The translations under genes were made by a program, and so were the position numbers. This document shows positions 53,175 to 64,000 of a DNA stretch of 64,000 bases, piece after piece. The stretch is from the NCBI GenBank assembly GCA_016748015.1, contig JAAOMT010000620.1, forward strand, positions 268,215-332,214. Direction: 5' to 3'. The notes below the pieces were generated by a model. The model made no database searches, was not told the DNA's origin, and was given only the letters and a program-made list of their open reading frames with translations. The stretch comes from Geosiphon pyriformis uo1. Taxonomy: Eukaryota > Fungi > Glomeromycota. Each line of letters starts with the position of its first letter. Position 1 is the first letter of the stretch.

Positions 53175-54197
53175 TATTATCCAAATAGAAAAACCAATCC
53201 AAAGTTATGAAAAAAACATGACCAAAATATAACATAACACAGAATAATATACAATAACATTGGATAACACATTATAACTTAAGATAATACAGAATAATGC
53301 ATTATAACATGGGATAATACAGAATAACATATAATAACACCAAATAGTGTGTTATAACATAGAATAACTAGAAATAACATAGAAAAACAAACCAATAATA
53401 GAAATAGTAAAGCAATAGCTAACAATAACAAAAACAATCAAAAACAATTCTGTAAAACCAAAAGAATATATAAAAACAAGTAGTTATAGAAGTTAGAAAA
53501 AAAGACACTTAGATACAACTCACTAAACAAAAATCAAATATCCTTACTCCTTCCATTATTTATTTTATTCTATCTTCATCTTTTAAAATAAATCAATTAT
53601 TGAGAAATTAGAATTATGAATTTATGTTCTTGAATTTTATAGACTTTACATAAATTAACTATTGTTTTATACCTTCATTTTAGGACAGATGCTCTTAGCA
53701 TAATTGTCTTGAATTATTAACAATTTGGACCAATTGCTTTTAATCATGATGATTAATGATACTAATTTTTTTTTTTTTTATTTCTTTTCTATTCTTTTTT
53801 TTTTTTTTTGTAAAGTGGCAACATAGTAAAATTAACTGTTTAGAAATAGGACTTTTGTGATAATTTGGTAAAAGAAGAAAGCTCCTTCTAAGTTTTGGAT
53901 ATTAACATTATCTTGTTAATTTATTAAAAGGGCAAAAAAACAATACCAGACTCTAATAACTATGCTTGTTAGTTTGAAGAAAATAGCTCACATTTATAAG
54001 AAATTGTAATCAGTGAAAGCCAAACCTTTGTGCTTTATAACCAAAGAACTCAACAGATAAAATCACAACCAGTAAATAAGATTTTCAGAGACTGATAATC
54101 AAGATTAAGCCAACAGAATTACACAAAAGATACATCACTGATAATTGAGAGCACCAAATATTACTATTTCCCTATTCTATTAAGGTTATCTATAACA
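53175..54197 (+). repeat. 3' LTR of element C (type 3)
   Basis: Follows the ORF3 stop and an A-rich PPT remnant; starts TATTAT (decayed TGTTAC) and ends TATAACA; shares the U3 repeats with type 2 and the AGCACCAA motif with all types. Confidence 0.75.
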
Positions 54198-55330
54198 ACA
54201 TATAGTAAAAATATAAGTTGTATTTAGTTTAAACCACTTAATCTGATTTTATGTACTAGATAGTAGTTAGATTTCATTTAATAAAAAAAATCAAAATCAA
54301 AATCAAAAGTATTTTATATATTATATTATTTAATATATTAGAATTTTTTATATTTTTTTTATTAATAGAACTGATTTTTTTAATATAGTATTTTTTTATA
54401 TTTTTAATATTTAATTTATTACTAATATTATTATAAAAGCTGTTTATTTTACTGTTTTAAAACACAAGTTTTTTAAAAATATTACCAAATTTACTATTTT
54501 TATATTTCTATTTTAATACCAAGCTTTTTGGCTTTTTTGTTATTAAAAATATACTTAAAAATATTTTTTTTGACATTAAATAAAATTTTTTCTATTTTTT
54601 TCTTTAATTATATTAATAACAAGAATATTTATTATGCTTAATTTTACAAATAAAAATATAACTTAATAAAATTATTTTATTCTAATTATTTTAATTATTA
54701 TTTTAAATTTTATTTAAATTTTACAGTATTTTTAACTAAGTTTTTTAAAAAACATATTAATAATGTAATATTTTATAAAACTTATATATAGTATTTTATA
54801 ATTTTAAATGTTGAATATTTAAAATTTTTACTAAAATGCATAATTATTATTTTAATTTTAAAAAATAATTTAAATTGTAAAGTTAAATAATCAAAAATAA
54901 AACGGTATTTTTCAAAAAAATTTTGTAAGATTTAAAAAAATTCTTGAATTAATTAATTATATTAGATATTTAATAATTATAATTGTTTATATTTATTATA
55001 TTAAAAATTGTATACTTTTTTTTTAATTATATACAACATATTTTATTATTATAATGTTAAAATAGATTTAATTTAACTGTAAACAAATTTTTTAAATAAT
55101 AAATAAAATCAGTTTTTTATTAATTTTAATTTATAAATATTTTTATAAATTAATTAAATTTATTTAACTTTAATAATAACAATATTATATTATCATTAAA
55201 AATAAAATATAAAACTTAAAAAGCCATACAAAAGAACTAAATTTTCAATCTTTGAGTTTATATTAATTTGTTTTTTAATAATCATTTTTAATATTTGCAA
55301 AATTGATTTTTTTCCAAAGCTTTTGTTTAA
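54198..55330. other. Extremely AT-rich low-complexity tract between the transposon nest and the genic region
   Basis: Very few G or C over about 1.1 kb; no ORFs in the track. Confidence 0.8.
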
Positions 55331-57066
55331 ATGTCAATTAATTCAATCAATCAAAAACATCGTTTATAAATTTTGTGAAAATTTTTATATTATTTATGTT
55401 ACATTATTAGAAATCATATTATGCAATTACAGATTTTGCAATTTCACAAATTATTAATATTAAAAGTAAATGTAAACCGGTTAATAATTTAGGTTTATCT
55501 TAAACAAAGTTTTTTTTGCCAACTTCCTTGAAATAGGAAAAACTTTCGAAATCCTGCATACTTGTGAAAAAAGATCTTTTAGTTTTAAATTGTTTGGAAT
55601 TCTTGCATATTGAAAAAAAATATCCTGCATATTAAGGAGAGAAAAAGGGAAGAAATTTTGTGTTTAAGGCTTGTTCTTTGGCATCAGTGCCTTTGGCTGA
55701 TTACAATTACAATCGAACCAGTGGGAATGCCCAAGTGCATTTAGGCCGAATACCGGAAATTTGCATATATAAATAATCACCGGCCTGGATCTTTACTTAA
55801 AGAGATTCGAACAAATTCTGAATCAAAATTCGAAGAGAACTTGCTTTACCTTAACTATTTGACATTGTTTATTGCTTTCGGAAAAAATATTCTGACCTTG
55901 TTCTTACAGCTATTGTCTTTGGATGTTTAGAATTCAGAATTCAATACATGTTTCCCATTTTGAAGGTTATGCTTGTTTTTGCTTCTAAATTTAAGGAGAA
56001 AATTGGAAATTAGTACAAAAATCAATTTGAACACAATGAGTTGGTTCCTTTTAAAATATAATATCACAGTTCAGATTGGCCCAGTTTTAAACACAATGCA
56101 ATTACTTGATCTTCATTACTTCGCAGCATGTAGAATGAGAAAGGAGAAGAACAGAGTGCATTAAACCAAATGAATTTTAGTCCATGATAATGAACACTAA
56201 AATGTATGGCACATTGGCAGAGTCTTTGGGTGTGTTAGGCTTAAAGGCTTTACCTTATGTGCATTAAAGGCAAGTCTACGATTAGTTCTATATAAATTTC
56301 AAACATGACTGGATCAAAAAAAAACCCCAAAAATTGACGCCAGCTCTAATAATAAAAAATTTTAATGGTTTAATCTACCTTAATCTAGAATTGCCTTGGG
56401 GAGGTGACATTTCAAGTTTTACAATACTAAAGTCTTGGTGTGGAAGACTCAGATGAGGACCGGAAAATTATGAAACTATTGTAATACTTTCCAAATATGT
56501 CAGTCAAAGAATCAATCGAACCAATCAATTTCAAGCTTCCCAGTCTCTTATGATGGAAACGACCCAAATAATTCTTTAAGGCGTGGATGTGAAGAATGGA
56601 ATACAGGAGGATGTTGTGTTTAGGGCGTAAATGTCAAACGACAGCTTTCAATTTATCGCAAACTCCCATACTAATGTTGTGATTGATATTAATAATGATC
56701 CACACTAATTTAATAGGATTTAAAAATGATGGACGTAGTGTTTGATTTCTTGCGTTCAAGTTTTGATTTGATTTTCTTCTGTGTGATTGAAATTGAATTC
56801 CGACGCGTTGGAATTTTTAGAGTTGATTATGTTTATCGTCCATCTTTTTACATTATTTAGGGTATCCCCTTATTTGTCAGGATTGACCCTGACTTTTGTT
56901 TTTTTCTGTTGATGTGTGTCACCAAAGAAATTTAAAGAGGCCTCTTCTCGCATCAGTTTTCACTCTACCTCCTCTTTCGCTTCTTTTTAACTCGGTTGCT
57001 CATCATCTCAAAATATATTTACTTCAATCGCCTCACTCCCTCGTTTTGTCTCTGAAGCAGTAAACT

Positions 57067-57316
57067 GTGAGTAGAAAACAGTAAAATTTTCTTTTTTGAG
57101 TTTGTGTATTGAAGCGCGACACTACAATATTTTGTTTTGCGTATTTCACGTTAAAAGTTCTCGCGTTTCTTTTCACCTTACTCTCACTCTTAAACGGTTT
57201 TGCTTTACCTTTTGTTGCTCTTTAACTTGGGTTTAATATCAGCCGGTGTACTCATCAGCTCAAAAACATTTTCTATTTCGAATAGGAAAGCTAATAGACC
57301 ACTTCTGGTTCCGTAG
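57067..57316 (+). other. Probable 5'-UTR intron of the beta-tubulin gene
   Basis: Donor GTGAGT at 57067, branch-like GCTAAT at 57290, acceptor TAG ending 57316, 24 nt before the ATG. Pyrimidine-rich start-site-like region upstream. Confidence 0.5.
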
Positions 57317-57340
57317 AATTTACGATAAAGAATAGCAATT

Positions 57341-59062
<1,722 letters not shown>

Positions 59063-60100
59063 AAAACCAAATATTCATCAAAGTGCATTCCATTCACATT
59101 CTATTATAGATTACTGTTCAATTCTTAACTCACCAGCAATAAATCACCTAATGATTGCTTATTAACCAACATATTCTTGTTTTTAATTGCAACTAATTAC
59201 AATATATGCTTTCCCTTAAGGACTCCCTGATTTATTTTCTTTAGTCAGACCTTGTAATTTAACAATCACCCCCCCCCCCGGCCCCCATAATTTGGATTTG
59301 GATGTTGAGGGAAATTCTCATTATATAAACATTACAGCTTCGCATTAAACTCCTTAGCTCGCATTTCTTTGTAGATCTAGGGTTTATAACAAGCCAAAAA
59401 GGTACTAGGCTTGATGTAGATTTCGCGATTTGAAGCCAAAAATTCTGATTTGTCCAAACCCTTAATAGAAAAAAAATAATCGAAAAATTAGTATGATTTG
59501 ATAATTCAATTTGACTTGTGATCAATTTGATCAGCACATTTGATCAGTGATCAAGATCACCAACTCTAATACCATTGGGTGAGTATTAAATAAGTACCAA
59601 ATTTAATTTAAAAATGGGCAGCACAAGCCAAGCCTACGGACCGGGTTATGTTTTTCTATTTTGTGTTTTAGGCAATTTTTATTGTTTTTATTTCGGTAGC
59701 CTTAATCTCCGTAATTGGCGGTAATATGTTGTTCTAGAGAGTTAGTTTTGCTTGGAAGGGCCACAACGAGAAGGTGCAGTTCAGTAAAATTTTTTTGCAG
59801 TTGAGAAGGCCACCAAAAGTAAAATTTTTTCACCAAAAAAATTTTCCACTTTTTTTCACCCATTTGTGAGTTTCTTTTCAGCATATATCATTTAACCCTT
59901 AACAGGTTACAATACATACACAAATCCAAACGAAGCATAAACTTCAAGCTCCGTTTTTAATCTTTCATTTTTGCATTTAACCCTTCCTACCTAACAACTC
60001 CTTCACGTATCTTTGATCATGATCCTTTGTTTCATGTTTTTCATTTGATAATATCCCTTCCTATTTGATCTCTTTATTTCTTTTTTGGTTTGGTCGTTTA

Positions 60101-60413
60101 TCGGGAACTCCCTGAAGAATCGCTATCGAAGCAACACACACAGAGAGCAAAGATTAGTCTTTGTTTCTCTTTAAAATGCTTCGGGGAAAGTCCCCGGACA
60201 AGTGGCAGAAAGTGTCGCCCATGATGTGGTAAAAGCCGTTATTCGCGTAATGCCGTTCGTTATGTAAGTCGAAGAGGTTTAACTCCAAGACTTGAACGTG
60301 CGCTTGCGAATCGGCCATGTTGGTCATAGAACAGTTATGCGATTGTACTCATGTGTGCCCCCCACGGTGCCATGGGTATAACTCAACGGGGCTTACTCTC
60401 AGGGTGTTCCCGA
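60101..60413 (+). ncRNA. NME1: RNase MRP RNA
   Basis: CR-I GGGGAAAGTCCCCGGAC (60183-60199) pairs with CR-V AACGGGGCTTA (60385-60395) as the P4 pseudoknot. P8 hairpin GTGGCA-GAAAG-TGTCGC carries the MRP-specific GARAR loop (60208-60212). Terminal P1 is TCGGGAACTCCCTGA / TCAGGGTGTTCCCGA. Confidence 0.93.
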
Positions 60414-61394
60414 AATAGAACCAAATCAGATTATTTTAGTTTTCGTTAGAATGGGGGGCTTATGAAATTTTTTTGTATTATTCATGCAGCATATTTTTAA
60501 AATATACATATTTTCATAAATCTTTTAATCAGATTAAAACTCATTCTTTGATTAAATCATAATTGCTTGTCTTAACTTTAGAATTATCCAAAAGTACCAA
60601 AGAATAAAATTATTGGAAGCTTGATGATAATATTTTACAAATTCTATTTATATAATAAAAGTGTATAGTGGAATGATTTTGAAACAAAAAGACCATGAAA
60701 ATTTCAGCCATCAATTCACGTTGAGATATTTGAACAAAATCTTGATTGTATTGGCAATTAAAATTAGTAAAAAATTTTTTATAAAATAAATAAATACGTA
60801 AAAATATATAAATATATATTTCAATTATGATAAAATTGTTAAAATAATTAAACCTGAAATTTTGAATCATGTTTTGATTTAATGTTAAAAATTTTGTAAA
60901 AATTGCTAATAATAAGTAGTAAAATAATAATAATAATTATAATAAATTTTGTTAATAATATTTTTTATATATACGATTCAATTATTGGGCAATTTTTATA
61001 ATGGAATTTTATTGAAAACTATTTTAAACAAATGTAATAAAGTATTCTGTATAAATAGGTTAAAAGATAAAATTGTAAATAGCTTTTTTCAAAGGTTTTG
61101 GACTTCATTTCAATTAATGAGAATATAATGAACATATGTAGTATTAAATGAAATGAGAATCTTTTTTATCACAACTTTAAGATTTTTCAAGTAATTTTCG
61201 TATGCTGACAAATTTCGACATAAATTCCTTTTACAAGGAAAATTTTAAAGAGATTACGTTAAAAAAAAAAAAGATAGGATGCTATGGCTCAAAGATTCTT
61301 TCGACAATGAATAATATTTATCTTGATAATACTCCTGGTTCTCAAAGAAATAATACATTGACCTGTTCCTGAAAATGATGCCTCTCGTCTGATT

Positions 61395-62315
61395 TTAGTA
61401 GGAGTTTGTATTTTCAAATAGACCTCCTTCATAATAAACATCGGATGTGAATAGCAGGTCATGTTCACTTGGTTTCGGTTGCCCAGTGATATGTGGCAAA
61501 ACAAATAATCGACAATCTTCAACGATACAATTTGGTCGAAAATCGACAAGAATTTCAGAATATTTTAGCATCCAACGATCATCGTCCTCACGAAGAACCA
61601 TAGTTTTATAAGGTATCTACCAGATTTGAAAGAACGATGTGTTTATTGCTCGAATTTTCAGTCAGTCAGAAAGAAGGAAAGAAGGAAAGAAGGAAAGAAA
61701 TGACGGATTTCTTTCAGAGTATGTTTACCTTGCGTTCTTCCAATCTATTCCCATAAATTGTTAATTTAAGATTGGCCTCTTCTACCAAATTATCAACCAT
61801 GTCAGTCACATTAAACTTTTTCTTGAAATTTTTAAGATTATATAGCAGCATATCTGTGCCGTGATGTCTGCTCGATGAAGAAGGGGTTCTGACTATAGAT
61901 TCATTTTTAAGAAGATTAGGTTTTGTGGAGGCCGATTTGGAAGACGACGGTGTTGTAATTAAGGCCTGAATAGCTTTATTTGAGGAAGACCTCGAGGAGG
62001 AAGGAGTTGTGATTCTCATTTTCTTTGAAGGTGTAGATGGATCGACTCGCCGTCGACTAGTTGGAGTTGTGTAGCTCCTATGTTTCATTTTCAATGGTAA
62101 TTTCTTGACAGAATTCAAAATCGTTGGAGAACAAGGTGGCGAGCAGTTACCCGCGTGCCATAATTCAGGATCACCCTTAATGATATCAGAATTCGTGTTT
62201 ATCATGGAGGCTGTTGTCGAAAAATTTTGACGAATAGACAAAATCTTATTTTCATCGTCTTCAAATGAATTGAGAATGGGTGATGACCCAATAATTTCTT
62301 GACCAGGAGAATTAC

Positions 62316-62375
<60 letters not shown>

Positions 62376-62946
62376 CAACCAAAGAATTGTTATTGTATAG
62401 AGTTTTTTTAATTTCCACATTCGAATTAAACGGTTGAGTAACATTTGTCACGGGTGATATTTGGATAGGTTCAATAGAGCCACTGTTAATAGGATTAGCA
62501 TTTTCCCCCAAATTTGTTGTATTGGGAGTGGCAGTGGTAGTGGTAGGTTCAGCAACTGATATTTGGGCAATCTCATTGTTAACGCTTTTGGGATTAGTTT
62601 TAACGCTGTCCCCCGAATTCTCTGTAATCATAGTTTCAGTCAAAGATTTTTGGATGACCTCGTTACCATCATTTTGACCGATGATAGAATCTTTCTTTGG
62701 ATTCCAACTCTTTGTAGAAGCGGTTTCTTTTTGAAATGCGACAAGTTCGCGATACCTCGCAGCAATCTTTTTATCGGAACAGACGTGCACCAAATAAATT
62801 TGATCACGACAGCAATATTTGAGAGCGAATATGTTATCTATGACATTTTTTTGAGCCCATTCAAAGTTCTCGTCAGCGCCTTGTTCGTTCAGCAGAGAGC
62901 TATGACTTCTGATAATAATACGTCGACAAGCATATCCGTTACACAT
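61395..62946 (-). CDS. Hypothetical Ser/Thr-rich protein, about 479 aa; exons 62946-61729 and 61616-61395
   Basis: The 410-aa ORF joins ORF 61395-61601 in frame through a GTAAAC...TAG intron (61728-61617). CpG-rich, undecayed composition. No family recognised; upstream exons are possible. Confidence 0.75.
62317..62373. repeat. (AGT)19 microsatellite encoding poly-Thr
   Basis: Perfect trinucleotide run inside the minus-strand CDS. Confidence 0.97.
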
Positions 62947-64000
62947 TATTATGTCAGTGAGAGAATTAATTCAGCTCCAATCGTTGAGTGAAACTCCTTT
63001 CTTTTGTTCTAAAGGCACTCTTTTGATTTCCCAGGGGATAAATGAGTTGATGATTCGCGTATCGCGAGTGACGCAAAGTTTCGCGTTTCTCTATGTTACA
63101 CGAATCACGAGGTATATTTGATGGAATGTAGAGTTTTAGGGATAGAAATTATGAAATTATGAAATTATGAAATTATAAAATGATGAAAAAATGAAAAAAT
63201 GAAGATAAAATGATAAAATGATTATTATTATTATTGCTTTGACAAAATGAGGTCCTTCCACTATGTATGCTAAATACATTATTATTATTACTTATAATAA
63301 TTTTAATATTAATATTATGAAATTATAAATTTTAAACAAGAAATAAATTTAGTTTTTATAATGAAAAAAGTTTTTTTATGTAATTATCATTCTATATTAG
63401 TTACCCCCTAAACTAAAGTTCATTGCATGAAGTGGCGAAAGATTCAATTATAGTAGTAAAATTCAAGGGATTGAAATATATTATCAGGAAAGTTTTTACT
63501 CATTTATCATATAAAAAAAAATTCAGAAATTCAGAAATTCCAGGTAAAAAGAATCTATTTCTGGTCTTTTTACGCTTTTTATTTAAAGTTTTTCAAAAAG
63601 TCAAATAAAAAAGACAAAAGATACATTGTTCTTATATTTTGTTGAAGAAATAAGTTTCTAAACTATTTTCAGTATCGTGTTCCCAAGTTTAAACTTTTGG
63701 TAAGGTTTTTTATCTTACTACAATGATAAATATTTGTTTGTTTTGTCGAGGTTTCACTAAATACTAATAGGTGGATTAGTTTAGTTTAATTTAATTTAAT
63801 TTAGTTGAAATTTTTTTAAATTATATTAGGTTAGGTTGTGGTATTTTGCAGGATTACACACTCATATTTTTTGTACACGTATATTTTAGGTTAGCAACCC
63901 AAATATTCGGTACATTGGATAAATGTGCGATTACCTATGATAAAATTCCCCGAACGCCAAATCTTTAGGTTAGGTGGGAAAAAAAAAAAAAAAAAAAAAA

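Larger units (their letters stand above)
15070..54197 (+). mobile_element. Outermost, more divergent Ty3/Gypsy element C, in three pieces (15070-17434, 39644-42340, 52421-54197)
   Basis: Coding sequence is collinear across the insertions: ...HQI..NAQ | (P)IKQ(R)AY at 17434/39644, and GCAG | GCAG at 42340/52421. Protease, Cys-rich domain and dUTPase at 15070-16870; RT-RH-INT at 39644-42283; ORF3 to 53161; 3' LTR 53175-54197. Confidence 0.88.

Noticed and set aside
55973-56164. 63-aa ORF upstream of tubulin
   Set aside because: Non-ATG start, no recognisable motif, no supporting splice structure.
62202-62991. Poly-Leu ORF 62202-62444 and plus-strand ORF 62563-62991
   Set aside because: Alternative-frame and antisense readings of the 61395-62946 gene and its microsatellite.
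63775-64000. TTAGG/TTAGT repeats and terminal poly-A as a telomere or retroposon tail
   Set aside because: Only scattered 2-unit TTAGG motifs, not a tandem array; the poly-A is cut by the window edge, so it cannot be interpreted.

Overview
Eukaryotic, AT-rich fungal-type DNA; the beta-tubulin intron pattern and the repeat content suggest Glomeromycota/Mucoromycota (inference). Bases 1-54197 are a nest of at least nine insertions of decayed, roughly 10-kb Ty3/Gypsy (Metaviridae) LTR retrotransposons. Their boundaries can be rebuilt from TGTTAC...GTAACA LTR termini, primer-binding sites (PBS), polypurine tracts (PPT) and 4-bp target-site duplications (TSD). I label them A-I. C is outermost and holds H, E and G; B sits in H's LTR; A and I sit in B; D sits in E's 5' LTR; F sits in E's gag. 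The family has an unusual layout: Gag(CCHC) - protease - Cys-rich multi-CxxC domain - dUTPase - RT - RNase H - integrase - extra 3' ORF ending at the PPT. All copies are broken by stops and frameshifts that come almost entirely from C:G to T:A changes. Other oddities are a base-precise 7.2-kb internal inversion in D, an LTR hairpin whose loop has flipped between sister LTRs, a chimeric E/F element and a strict central YR step in all target sites. After a very AT-rich boundary (about 54.2-55.3 kb) come an intact 5-exon beta-tubulin gene, an RNase MRP RNA gene missed by the ORF track, and a 2-exon Ser/Thr-rich hypothetical gene on the minus strand. Element termini were read to the base; internal domain coordinates are approximate.
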